Assembly: GCA_965199495.1 (NCBI GenBank)
Contig: CBDASK010000003.1
Span: 1,728,001 to 1,792,000 of the forward strand
Direction: 5' to 3'
Length of the DNA: 64,000 nucleotides
Source of the DNA: Abditibacterium sp.
GTDB lineage: Bacteria; Armatimonadota; Abditibacteriia; Abditibacteriales; Abditibacteriaceae
A model generated the notes under the pieces. The model was not told the DNA's origin, made no database searches, and saw only the letters and a list, made by a program, of their open reading frames with translations. The translations under genes and the position numbers were made by a program. The first letter of the stretch is position 1; each line of letters opens with the position of its first letter. Below are positions 1 through 9,305 of this stretch, piece by piece.

Positions 1-445
1 TGGCGCCGAACAAACCGAAGTTTTTGGCGCGTTCTTGCGGCGGTGTAATGTCCGACAAATACGCCTGCGCCGTGCCGATGTTGCCGCCCGTGATGCCGTC
101 AATAATGCGCGCGGCGAACAGAAACCACAGCGACGAAGCGAACGCGAAAAATGCGTAGCCGACGGCGGTGCCAAAAATCGAATAAAGCAAAACCGGACGG
201 CGCCCAATGCGGTCGGAAAGTCGGCCCCAGAACGGCGTGAACAAAAAGCCCATCATCGAATAGACCGAAGCCAACAGGCCCGCCATCTGCGGCGTGGCTC
301 CAAACTGCGCCGCATAAACTGCCAACTGCGGGATGATGATGGAAAAGCCCAGCACGTCCAAAAACGCGGTGAACAGAATCGTATACGAGGCGCGTTTGCG
401 CTGCGCATCGGTCAATGGGGAAGCAAAAGTAGGGGCAGAAGACAC
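1..445 (-). CDS. MFS transporter, TetA/DHA1-like (5' part; runs off window)
   Basis: Manual minus-strand translation: ...FTAFLDVLGFSIIIPQL...WGRLSDRIGRRPVLL (MFS motif A)...ARIIDGITGGNIGTAQAYLSDITPPQERAKNFGLFGA. GTG start at 445 is inferred. Confidence 0.85.
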   Translation of the reverse strand, partial: MSSAPTFASPLTDAQRKRASYTILFTAFLDVLGFSIIIPQLAVYAAQFGATPQMAGLLASVYSMMGFLFTPFWGRLSDRIGRRPVLLYSIFGTAVGYAFFAFASSLWFLFAARIIDGITGGNIGTAQAYLSDITPPQERAKNFGLFGA

Positions 446-463
446 GAGAAAACCAAGTGCATT

Positions 464-712
464 TTAATTCAATCGCGCCGTCTCAGTGAGCCGGATTTGA
501 GGAAAACTGTGACAGAGCATTGGGCACGCGCGAACAGCCACGCGCCACGAAATGCGTTCGGGATAAACAATTTTGCCGACCGGAACATCAAGCGCATTGT
601 TTGTAGGCGCCGAAGGAAATTTGCTGGAGCCACCGCCGCAAGCGGCAACGGCGGGCAACAAAGCGAGCGCGAAAAATGCGTTTTGCATCGTAAAAATTTC
701 AGATGGGCGCAA
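464..712 (-). pseudogene. Truncated duplicate of the adjacent TolB-like lipoprotein N-terminus
   Basis: AFFALALLPAVAACGGGSSKFPS...GKIVY matches AFFALALLPALAVAGCGGGSTNLPS...GRIIY of 722..1744, then diverges and stops. Confidence 0.6.
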
Positions 713-721
713 AATCGTTTG

Positions 722-1744
722 TCAACGACTCCAAACGGGGCTTGTCTGACGCGCGTCCACACCGGTAACAAACGCGCGCGATTCGCTAAGGCCATCGGCG
801 CGCGTGATGTAAATGTGAGATGGCGCCGAGGCGAAGCTATTAACGCCGTAGATCAAGAAGCGACCATCGGGCGAATAGGAAACTCGTGTTTTTAGTCCCT
901 CTTGAGCAGGCACGATTCTCTCGGCTCCGCTCTTCAAATCAACAACGCTGATTTGCGATGTTTCGCCATTGACCAAACCCGAAAGAAACGCGACCTGTTT
1001 GCCATCGGGTGAAAAAACCGCGCTTGATTTGTAAGTCTCGCTCGAAGTTATGCGGCGCGGCGTGCCCACGGCATCGGCGGCGATAAGATAAATCTGTATG
1101 TTGCTTTGGGTGGTCGATCTCGCGATTGCGGCGACGGTTTTGCCGTCCGGCGAAAACGTGGGAGAGTCAAACGAGTTCACAGAACTGTCGGTGGCCTGCG
1201 TAATTGCGCGTGGCTGGCTCTGCCCATCGGCTGAAATCACGTAAACAATGCTCGTTGGATAACGCGAAAGGAAGACATCGCGCGTGTAAACCAATTGTTT
1301 TCCATCGGGCGACCACGCGGGAGCCTTATAATTGATGTTCGCATTGGGCAAACTGCGCAAATCCGAACCGTCGGCGTTCATCGTGTAAAGCGTGTAATAT
1401 TGGATGTTATAATTGACGAAAGCCACGCGCGTGCCATCGGGAGAAATCGCCGGATTATCGTTATCAAATCGCAAACTTTCGGGCGTCAAACGGCGCGCAT
1501 CCGTGCCATCGGTGCGCGCACTGTAAATCGCGCTTTGGCCGACGACTGCGCCCGGCCCCGCCGGTAAATCCGGCCCAGTCTGCGAATAAATAATGCGTCC
1601 ACTCAATTCGCTCGCACTCGGCGCGGGTTTCAAAGCGCCGCCCGTCGAAGGCAAATTCGTCGAGCCGCCGCCGCAACCAGCCACGGCGAGGGCGGGCAAC
1701 AATGCGAGCGCGAAAAATGCGCGTCGTGTCGTGAAAAATTTCAT
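722..1744 (-). CDS. TolB/PD40 beta-propeller lipoprotein
   Basis: Lipobox-like LAVAGC; repeated P(A/T)(I/W/F)SPDG motifs. Confidence 0.85.
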   Translation of the reverse strand: MKFFTTRRAFFALALLPALAVAGCGGGSTNLPSTGGALKPAPSASELSGRIIYSQTGPDLPAGPGAVVGQSAIYSARTDGTDARRLTPESLRFDNDNPAISPDGTRVAFVNYNIQYYTLYTMNADGSDLRSLPNANINYKAPAWSPDGKQLVYTRDVFLSRYPTSIVYVISADGQSQPRAITQATDSSVNSFDSPTFSPDGKTVAAIARSTTQSNIQIYLIAADAVGTPRRITSSETYKSSAVFSPDGKQVAFLSGLVNGETSQISVVDLKSGAERIVPAQEGLKTRVSYSPDGRFLIYGVNSFASAPSHIYITRADGLSESRAFVTGVDARQTSPVWSR

Positions 1745-1782
1745 GTGCGCGCAAGTTTTGGCGGTTTGGGCGCGCGTGTCAA

Positions 1783-3204
1783 TTAGTTCGTTTTCGCCAC
1801 GCCCAACGCGCCGCGCACCGCGTCAATCGTCGCATTTATTTCGTCATCGCCGTGGCACAAACTCACGAACGCAGCCTCGAATTGCGCGGGAGGCAGATAG
1901 ACGCCGCGTTCCAGCATCGCGTGGAAAAAACGGCCATACATCGTTAAATCGCTGGCTTTGGCTTGCGCGTAACTTGTCACCGGATTGGCGTTGAAAAATA
2001 GCGTCCACATCGAACCTTGGCGCTGCAACTGCGCTTCGATTTTATGTTGTTTTAGCGCGTCCAATATTCCAGCTTCGAGTTGCGCGCCGCGCGTTTCGAG
2101 TTGCGCGTAACTTGCGTCGTTGAGTGCGTTCAATGTCGCCAAACCCGCCGTCATGGCGATGGGATTTCCACTCAAAGTTCCGGCTTGATAAACCGGGCCG
2201 GAGGGCGAAACCATTTCCATGATGTCGCGCCGACCGCCGTAGGCGCCGACGGGAAAACCGCCGCCGATGATTTTGCCCAGCGTCGTCAAATCGGGCGTGA
2301 TGCCGCACAAACTTTGGTAGCCGCCTTTGGCGACGCGAAAACCGGTCATCACTTCGTCGAATAATAACAAGGCGCCGACGCGTTGCGTTTCTTCGCGTAG
2401 CATTTGCAGAAAGCCGTCTTTTGGCGGCACCAAACCCATGTTGGCGGGCAACGGCTCAACAGCCACGACGGCGAGGTCGGCGCCGATTTCGCGGATTAAA
2501 CTCCGCGTGCCTTCAATGTCGTTGAAGGTCGCCGAAACCGTGTCGGCGATTTGCGCGGGCGTGACGCCCGCCGAATCGGGCGCGCCCAGAGTTGTCGCGC
2601 CGCTTCCCGCTTGCACCAACAAGGCGTCGGCGTGGCCGTGATAGCAACCGGCGAATTTGATCGTTTTGCGGCGCTTGGGATCCTCTCGCATCGCCCAGCC
2701 ACGGGCGGCGCGCAGCGCGCCCATCACGGCTTCCGTCCCCGAATTGACCATGCGCACCATTTCAATCGAAGGCACGGCGGCGCAGACGGCGCGCGCCATT
2801 TCGACTTCGAGCGCGCTCGGCGCGCCAAACGAAGTGCCGCGATCCAATTGCGCGCGCACCGCGTCGTTGATGAGCGGCGATGCGTGGCCCAAAATCAGCG
2901 GCCCCCACGAACCGACGTAATCTATATATTTGTTATCGTCGGCGTCCCACAGATAGGCGCCATTTCCGCGCGCCATGAAACGCGGCGTGCCGCCGACGGC
3001 GCCAAACGCGCGCACGGGCGAATTGACGCCACCCGGCATGATTTGTTGGGCCTGCGCGAACAGTTCGCTCGACCGCGTCTGGGTTTGATGCGACGGCGGC
3101 AAGGCGGAACCGGGTAAAGTATCGGTCAGGCCGTCGTGCGATGTGGCGGGCGCGAGAGCGGAATTATCGGGGGAAGCGGAAGAAAGTTCGGCGGTTTTCA
3201 TCAT
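1783..3204 (-). CDS. hemL: Glutamate-1-semialdehyde 2,1-aminomutase
   Basis: PGGVNSPVRAF, YIDYVGSWGPLILGH, NSGTEA, FDEVMTGFR, LGKIIGGGFPVGAYGG, YQAGTLSGNP. Start position uncertain (N-terminal extension). Confidence 0.97.
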   Translation of the reverse strand: MMKTAELSSASPDNSALAPATSHDGLTDTLPGSALPPSHQTQTRSSELFAQAQQIMPGGVNSPVRAFGAVGGTPRFMARGNGAYLWDADDNKYIDYVGSWGPLILGHASPLINDAVRAQLDRGTSFGAPSALEVEMARAVCAAVPSIEMVRMVNSGTEAVMGALRAARGWAMREDPKRRKTIKFAGCYHGHADALLVQAGSGATTLGAPDSAGVTPAQIADTVSATFNDIEGTRSLIREIGADLAVVAVEPLPANMGLVPPKDGFLQMLREETQRVGALLLFDEVMTGFRVAKGGYQSLCGITPDLTTLGKIIGGGFPVGAYGGRRDIMEMVSPSGPVYQAGTLSGNPIAMTAGLATLNALNDASYAQLETRGAQLEAGILDALKQHKIEAQLQRQGSMWTLFFNANPVTSYAQAKASDLTMYGRFFHAMLERGVYLPPAQFEAAFVSLCHGDDEINATIDAVRGALGVAKTN

Positions 3205-3404
3205 GTTTAACTTTTAAAAACGAGCAACGCGCAAAAAAATGTCGGCGTGTTTGTGGCTAATTCGTCTCAATTTTGCGAAAATATGCGGAATAGAGTGTGG
3301 CCAATTTGGTGAATTAATGTAGGTTGTTCATTGAACCAATGGAGCAACTCCAACGCCCAAAAATGCGCGTTCAAATTTGCCAACCCAGTATAAAGAGGCA
3401 TTAC

Positions 3405-3887
3405 ATGATGGATAACAGCAGAAATTTCAAAACTTCAAGCGGACAAGTGAGCTTAATTCGTCGAAACAAAGGACGGCGGCGCGGCGCGGCTTTGGTCGAG
3501 TTCGCTCTGGTTTCGGTCGTGTTCCTGACGATGCTGCTGGGTATGCTGCAATTCGGCATTTATCTGAGCGCCACAAACACGCTGTGGAACGGTGCGCGCG
3601 AAGGTGCGCGTGTGGCGGCGGTTTTGAACAATTCCCTGACGACCGCCGATGCTGATGCGCAGATTCGCGCCCAGGTCGTCAAAACTATCGCGCCGCTCGA
3701 AGCCAGCAAAGTCACGGTCACCATCACGCCCGCCGATTCGAGCGCGCGCACCTACGGCACGCCCGTGACGGTGCGCCTGAGTTACGATATGCGCAGCAAG
3801 CTCTTTCTTCCTTTTCCCGACAAATTGTTTGGTCGCGGTCTGGGCAAAGATTACGTGACGTATGCGACCATGCGCAAAGAAAATTAA
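3405..3887 (+). CDS. TadE/TadG-like pseudopilin
   Basis: RRG/AALVEFALV prepilin motif, hydrophobic helix, AREGARVAA; GAGG upstream of ATG 3405. Confidence 0.9.
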   Translation: MMDNSRNFKTSSGQVSLIRRNKGRRRGAALVEFALVSVVFLTMLLGMLQFGIYLSATNTLWNGAREGARVAAVLNNSLTTADADAQIRAQVVKTIAPLEASKVTVTITPADSSARTYGTPVTVRLSYDMRSKLFLPFPDKLFGRGLGKDYVTYATMRKEN

Positions 3888-4004
3888 GCCGTAAAACCGA
3901 TTGATTCAGGAGACCACCTCATCGCCAACGCCCCTATTTTTTCGCGCCCTCGACGCATCAACCGATTTTTCCGCCCGCAAAGCGCACTGACCGACTGCGT
4001 CGCT

Positions 4005-5465
4005 ATGCGCCGAATACGGGCGTTGCCGGTGGCTTGTCATGCAGCCACGGCGACGCGGCGTGGCTCTTATCGGGCGCGGCGTCGCGGAGTTTCGCTGTAT
4101 CTGTTTGTGCTGGCGTTTCCGATGATGATCGGCGTGTTGGGCATCGTGATCGATCTGGGAAACCTCTACACCAAGCGCGCCCAAGCCCAACGCGCCGCCG
4201 ATGCCGCCGCCATTGCGGGCGCGATGGAAGGAGCCAACGGCGATATTAACGGCAAGGCGCAGACTTATGCCGCGCTCAACGGTTATCAAGATGGCGTCAA
4301 CGGCGCCCGCGTCAGCGTGGTTTCCGATGTCGGCGACACCTCGACCGAAGTGCAGGTCACGGTCGCGCGCAAAGAAGCGGTTTACTTCGCGCCGATTCTC
4401 GAAGGTTTCCTCAAGGCGACGGGACAAGGGCAGACCGCCGCGCAGTTTTCGCGTGAAGTTTCGGCGCAGGGAACGGCGCGCATTCGCGCGTCTTTGCCGC
4501 TGGGTTTGGGCGGCATTTATGGCATCGCCGACCCGGCGCGTTCGCCGGTTAATAACTCGATTGTCGGCCCTTATGCGCGCTACGATTTCGGCGACGCGTT
4601 CGCGACGAAATTTTTGCAGGACGGCGTCACGCCCAACCCGCGCTATAGCGCGAGCAATGGCGTGCAGGAATATACGCTGCATATCACGACGGCTTATTTG
4701 AACAAACATTCGGATGTAGCGCTGCAAATCTTCGATCCCGATTGTTACGGCGGCGCCAGCCAATACGACGAGATTTGGGCGCCCAACGCCAACATTCCCA
4801 ATCCGCCGCCCGGCCCCAACGAAACCACAACGGTTTACGAATTGGTGCGGCCCGACGGACAAACCATCGCGAGCGCGACTTATGGCGCCGACCCCGCCAC
4901 CGAAGGGAAATGGGTGACGCCCAACGGTTTTAGTTTCACGCCGACGGTGGCGGGCGATTACAAACTGCGCGTTAGCACGCCCTCCGGTTCGAGCGAAAAC
5001 GGCTTTCAACTGCGCGCCGGGCCAAGCGCGGGCACAACTCTCAGCGACGACGCGTGGAACCAAACTTATGGCGACAAAAATGGCACCGATCAAAGCAACG
5101 TCGCGCTGGGCATTGATGCCGGTAAACATTTGCAACTCAATTTCACCCAGAGCGGCAAAGTGAAATTTCGTCTGGGTTATGTGCCCGCTCAGGATGCCGG
5201 GAACGTGATTAGCGTGTCGAAGTTCGATGTGGATGTCGGTTCGCAAAGCATCGCTTACTCCTGCGATACCTTGCCGGGCCAGACGTTCCCCGGCGTGATT
5301 CCCAATCCCAGCAACGGCACATGGTCAACCGATAACATACCGATTCCACCGGGTTATACGGGCGGGAACTGGTATGCCGAATACGTCGCCGCCAAGTTCG
5401 ACACCTCGACTTGGATGTTGAGCGGACAATCCGGCACCGACCGCGAAGTTCGACTGATTAAGTAA
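4005..5465 (+). CDS. Tad-domain (TadG-like) pilus protein, paralog 1
   Basis: RRG-hydrophobic segment, IDLG...AQRAADAAAIAGA (Tad domain), long beta-rich C-terminus. Confidence 0.85.
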   Translation: MRRIRALPVACHAATATRRGSYRARRRGVSLYLFVLAFPMMIGVLGIVIDLGNLYTKRAQAQRAADAAAIAGAMEGANGDINGKAQTYAALNGYQDGVNGARVSVVSDVGDTSTEVQVTVARKEAVYFAPILEGFLKATGQGQTAAQFSREVSAQGTARIRASLPLGLGGIYGIADPARSPVNNSIVGPYARYDFGDAFATKFLQDGVTPNPRYSASNGVQEYTLHITTAYLNKHSDVALQIFDPDCYGGASQYDEIWAPNANIPNPPPGPNETTTVYELVRPDGQTIASATYGADPATEGKWVTPNGFSFTPTVAGDYKLRVSTPSGSSENGFQLRAGPSAGTTLSDDAWNQTYGDKNGTDQSNVALGIDAGKHLQLNFTQSGKVKFRLGYVPAQDAGNVISVSKFDVDVGSQSIAYSCDTLPGQTFPGVIPNPSNGTWSTDNIPIPPGYTGGNWYAEYVAAKFDTSTWMLSGQSGTDREVRLIK

Positions 5466-5516
5466 CAAGCCACGGGCAACACCAAAGATTGCGCCGTTTC
5501 ACATCTTGATTTTGCC

Positions 5517-6986
5517 ATGCAAGTTTCAATTTTTTTCTCTTGTTCCAACGCCGCGCCAACGCTTCGCGCGCGACGTGGCTCTTATCGGGCGCGGCGTCGC
5601 GGCGTTTCTCTGTATCTGTTTGTGCTGGCGTTTCCGATGATGATCGGCGTGCTGGGCATCGTGATTGATCTGGGAAACCTCTACACCAAGCGCGCGCAAG
5701 CTCAACGCGCTGCCGATGCAGCAGCCATTGCGGGCGCGATGGATTCGGGCGTGACCGGCGGCGATATGTTTGCCAAAGCGCGCCAATACGCCGCGCTCAA
5801 CGGCTACGACGATGGGGTCAACGGCGCGCGCGTTGATGTGAGTTCGGTCGTGACGCAGGGCGATACCGAATTGCAGGTGACAGTCTCGCGCCGCGAAGCG
5901 GTTTATTTCGCGCCGATTCTCGAAGGTTTTCTCCGAGCCATTGGCCAATCGCAAAGTGCCGCGCAGTTTTCGCGCAATGTTTCGGCGCAAGGCGCGGCGC
6001 GCACGCGGGTTTCGTTGCCGCTGGGATTGGGCGGCGTCTACGGCGTGGCCGATCCTTCGCAATCGCCAGTCAACAACTCGGTTTTTGGCCCCTACGCCAA
6101 TTACAATTTTGGCGATGCCTACTCGGTCAAATATCTGCAAGACGGCTCGCCCAACCCGCGCTACAACACAACGGGCGGCGTCGGCGAATATACGCTCAAC
6201 GTGACCAGCGAATATCTGCGCAAATATCCCGGCGACATCGCGCTGCAAATCTACGATCCCGACTGTTACAACGGCGCCAATGGTTACGACGAAATTCGCC
6301 CGCCCAACACCAAAATCAACCCCAAGCCGACCGGCCCGCAGGAAACCAAGACGGTTTACGAACTTTATGCGCCCGGAGCAGCCACGCCGCTGGCAACCGC
6401 CAGTTACGGCGCCGATCCCACCGCCGACGGCAAATGGGTGACGCCCAATGGTTTCAGTTTCACGCCGACGATGGCGGGCGCCTATAAAATCAAGGTGCGC
6501 ACGACCGATGGTTCGAGCGAGAACGGTTTCCAGTTGCGCGCTGGCCCCGCCAGTGGCGCGGGCAAACCGGACGCCGAGTGGAACCAGACTTACGGCGACA
6601 AAGGCGGGACGGCTCCCAACGATGTCGCGCTGGGCATTGACGCCAACGATCATTTGCAACTCAACTTCACCCAAAGCGGCAAGGTGAAATTTCGTCTGGG
6701 CTACGTGCCGAAAAATCAGGCGGGCAAAACCATCAGCGTCAACAAGTTCGATGTGGATGTCGGATCAACCAGCATCGTTTACTCGTGCGATACCATCCCC
6801 GATAAATTCACCGGAACACTGCCGCAACCCGGCGACGGCGTCTGGTCAACCGACGACATCAAAGTGCCCGACAGTTACACCGGCGGAAATTGGTATGCCG
6901 AATACACTGCGGGCAGAGGCGACAGCTCGACTTGGACGCTGAGCGGTTCGGGCGGCGACGGACGCGAAGTGCGCTTGATTCGTTAA
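5517..6986 (+). CDS. Tad-domain (TadG-like) pilus protein, paralog 2
   Basis: Colinear with 4005..5465 and shares an identical N-terminal pilin-like segment. Confidence 0.85.
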   Translation: MQVSIFFSCSNAAPTLRARRGSYRARRRGVSLYLFVLAFPMMIGVLGIVIDLGNLYTKRAQAQRAADAAAIAGAMDSGVTGGDMFAKARQYAALNGYDDGVNGARVDVSSVVTQGDTELQVTVSRREAVYFAPILEGFLRAIGQSQSAAQFSRNVSAQGAARTRVSLPLGLGGVYGVADPSQSPVNNSVFGPYANYNFGDAYSVKYLQDGSPNPRYNTTGGVGEYTLNVTSEYLRKYPGDIALQIYDPDCYNGANGYDEIRPPNTKINPKPTGPQETKTVYELYAPGAATPLATASYGADPTADGKWVTPNGFSFTPTMAGAYKIKVRTTDGSSENGFQLRAGPASGAGKPDAEWNQTYGDKGGTAPNDVALGIDANDHLQLNFTQSGKVKFRLGYVPKNQAGKTISVNKFDVDVGSTSIVYSCDTIPDKFTGTLPQPGDGVWSTDDIKVPDSYTGGNWYAEYTAGRGDSSTWTLSGSGGDGREVRLIR

Positions 6987-7008
6987 GCACAGAATAGGAA
7001 AGCGAGCC

Positions 7009-7072
7009 GTAGGGGCTTGCCGCGCAAGCCCTTCTTCTGGTGTCATTTTGGGCTTGTGCGACAAGCCCCTAC
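7009..7072. repeat. Inverted pair of GTAG-GGGCTTG-type REP palindromes (family C)
   Basis: GTAGGGGCTTGCCGCGCAAGCCC (7009-7031) and GGGCTTGTGCGACAAGCCCCTAC (7050-7072). Confidence 0.75.
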
Positions 7073-7076
7073 GGGT

Positions 7077-7171
7077 GCTATGGGTGCGTTGCGGCGAATT
7101 GCAACTACGGTAACGTCGCGCAACGTGGCGCCGTCGCGCAAGCTACGGGTGCGTTGCGGCGAATTGCAACT
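7077..7171. repeat. 30-bp direct repeat
   Basis: GCTA(T/C)GGGTGCGTTGCGGCGAATTGCAACT at 7077-7106 and 7142-7171. Confidence 0.8.
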
Positions 7172-7302
7172 GTCGGATTAGATCGTCAAGGCGCAAAAAT
7201 GTGGGCCTGAGATCGCGCTTCGCGCGCAACTGTCCGCCTTTGCGGACAAAACCCGGCAGGAACGCGCGCGCCCGCTTTCCATCTGTGAAAAGCTCCCGTT
7301 TT

Positions 7303-8694
7303 ATGTTGAAGTCTTTTTGGTCGCAGTCGCGCCCGACGCTCGCGCTCGCCCTGCCGATTATCGCCGGGCAGGTCGCGCAAATGGCGATGGGTTTGGTGGA
7401 CAGCGCGATGGTCGGTCGCGTCGGCGTGATTCCGCTCGCGGCGGCGGCGTTCGCCAACACCTTAATTTCGGTTCCGCTCGTCTTTGGCATCGGCTTGATG
7501 CTGGCGCTTTCGATTCGCATTTCGCAAATGCGCGGCGATACTTTGCCCGCCGATTTTTCCGCCGACGCCCGAACTTCCATCGCCCAATTATTGCGACACG
7601 GAATGTTGTTGGCTTTGGTCGGCGGGCTTTTGTTGAGCGGTTCTCTGTGGATTACCAGCGAATATTTGGACAAATTCGGTCAGAGCGCCGATGTGGCCTT
7701 GCAGTCGCGCGGATTTCTGTTGTGGGTCGGCGTTTCGATTCCGTTTGTTTTGCTGATGTTCGGCCTCAAAAATTTCTGCGAGGCATTGGACAATCCGTGG
7801 GCGCCGACGCTGATTATTTCGGCATCAGTGCCACTTAATATTTTATTCAACTGGATTTTGATTTACGGCAATCTGGGCGCGCCCGCGTTGGGATTAGAGG
7901 GCGCGGGCGTCGCCACGCTGTTGGCGCGCCTCGTCTCGTTCGTCGGTTTGTGGTTTTACGTGACGCGCGCGCCGCGCTTTGCGGCGCTGATGCCGACGCG
8001 TTGGTTGGCGCGGCCCGACTGGACTTCGTTGGGCGCGCTGTTGCATTTGGGCGTGCCGACATCGCTGCAAATCGTGTTGGAGGTCGGCGCGTTTTCGGCG
8101 GCGGCGCTGATGGTCGGTTGGATCGGCGCCAAACCTTTGGCCGCGCACCAAATCGTGCTGGCGTGCGCCTCGACGACGTTTATGATTCCCTTGGGCATTT
8201 CGTTCGCCGCTTCGATTCGCGCGGGCACGGTCGCAACGCAGCCACGGCGAGCGCGCGCCTTGGGCAACAACGCGCTCATTTTAGCGCTGATGAGCGCGGG
8301 CACATCGGCGACGTTTTATTTAATCCTCCGCCAGATGATTGCCCACGCGTTCGTGGACGACGCCGCCGTGGCTGCTATTGCGACGCAACTCTTTTTGGTC
8401 GTCGCGATATTTCAAATTGTGGACGGCATTCAAGTGATGGCGGCGGGTTTACTGCGCGGTTTATCCGACGCCACGGCACCGATGCTGATTTCGCTGAGTT
8501 GCTATTGGCTCATCGGTTTGCCGTTCGGCTACATCGCCGCATTTCGCTGGGGCTGGGGCGCGCTGGGCATGTGGATAGGATTAGCAATTGCCCTCGCGTG
8601 CGCGGCGTGCGCGCTGTTCTTGCGTTTTCGCAACCGCACGTCGGGCGATAGTTTGAGCCACGATACAGAACGAGTTGAAGCGCTGAGTTATTGA
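7303..8694 (+). CDS. MATE family efflux transporter (NorM-like)
   Basis: LALPIIAGQVAQMAMGLVDSAMVGRVG, LNILFNWILIYGNLGAPALGLEGAGVAT, FQIVDGIQ...GLLRG. Confidence 0.93.
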   Translation: MLKSFWSQSRPTLALALPIIAGQVAQMAMGLVDSAMVGRVGVIPLAAAAFANTLISVPLVFGIGLMLALSIRISQMRGDTLPADFSADARTSIAQLLRHGMLLALVGGLLLSGSLWITSEYLDKFGQSADVALQSRGFLLWVGVSIPFVLLMFGLKNFCEALDNPWAPTLIISASVPLNILFNWILIYGNLGAPALGLEGAGVATLLARLVSFVGLWFYVTRAPRFAALMPTRWLARPDWTSLGALLHLGVPTSLQIVLEVGAFSAAALMVGWIGAKPLAAHQIVLACASTTFMIPLGISFAASIRAGTVATQPRRARALGNNALILALMSAGTSATFYLILRQMIAHAFVDDAAVAAIATQLFLVVAIFQIVDGIQVMAAGLLRGLSDATAPMLISLSCYWLIGLPFGYIAAFRWGWGALGMWIGLAIALACAACALFLRFRNRTSGDSLSHDTERVEALSY

Positions 8695-8724
8695 AATTGG
8701 GCGCCGACATCAGCCATTTACAAG

Positions 8725-9186
8725 TTACGCCGAGCCGCCGTCGCGCGCAACCATTTGTTCGAGCAGTTCGATGATGCGTTCGTTTTGTGCGACTTGGCGC
8801 ACCTGCAAATCTTCCTGCGATGGGCGCGGCGGCGCTTTGACATCGGCGGCGCGGGCGCGCGCGGCGAAACGGCGCTTGACCGAATTGGAAACTTTCACCG
8901 CCACAAAAATCACGCTCGACATCAACAAAAACGAACCCAACTGCGACAAAAACGCTGCCACGCCGGAGGGCGCCGCATTGGGATCGAAGCCGACGGCATT
9001 GGCCGCGCCACCCGCCGCATCGCTGGCAGCGGCGCGCGCGGTTGCCAGCGCCATCTGAATCGGCGGCGTCACCACATTGTTAATCAGCGAGTTGACCAAT
9101 TGGCTAAACGAACCGCCAATCGAAACGCCGACAGCCAGATCAACGACGTTGCCACGCGCGATAAATTCGCGAAATTCTTTGAACAT
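8725..9186 (-). CDS. mscL: Large-conductance mechanosensitive channel
   Basis: MFKEFREFIARGNVVDLAVGV.IG..F..LVNSL. Confidence 0.88.
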   Translation of the reverse strand: MFKEFREFIARGNVVDLAVGVSIGGSFSQLVNSLINNVVTPPIQMALATARAAASDAAGGAANAVGFDPNAAPSGVAAFLSQLGSFLLMSSVIFVAVKVSNSVKRRFAARARAADVKAPPRPSQEDLQVRQVAQNERIIELLEQMVARDGGSA

Positions 9187-9195
9187 AATGGGGGA

Positions 9196-9289
9196 GGAGA
9201 CGGGAGACGGGAGTCAGGAGACAGGTTTTGGCGCCATCTATCATTCGGCACTCGATTGCGCAGTAAGCAGTCCCGTCTCCTGTCTCCTG
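9196..9289. repeat. Inverted clusters of the heptamer GGAGAC(G/A)
   Basis: GGAGACGGGAGACGGGAGTCAGGAGACAGG (9196-9225) and TCCCGTCTCCTGTCTCCTG (9271-9289). Confidence 0.7.
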
Positions 9290-9305
9290 CGAACTGTCCC
9301 CTGAC

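Noticed and set aside
3907..4004. Non-canonical ATC start at 3921 behind AGGAG, in frame with tadG-like 1
   Set aside because: The frame is open but there is no independent support; the ATG at 4005 is adequate.
4005..6986. Diversity-generating retroelement template/variable repeat in the tad paralogs
   Set aside because: No reverse transcriptase in the window, and the differences are not adenine-specific; an ordinary gene duplication.
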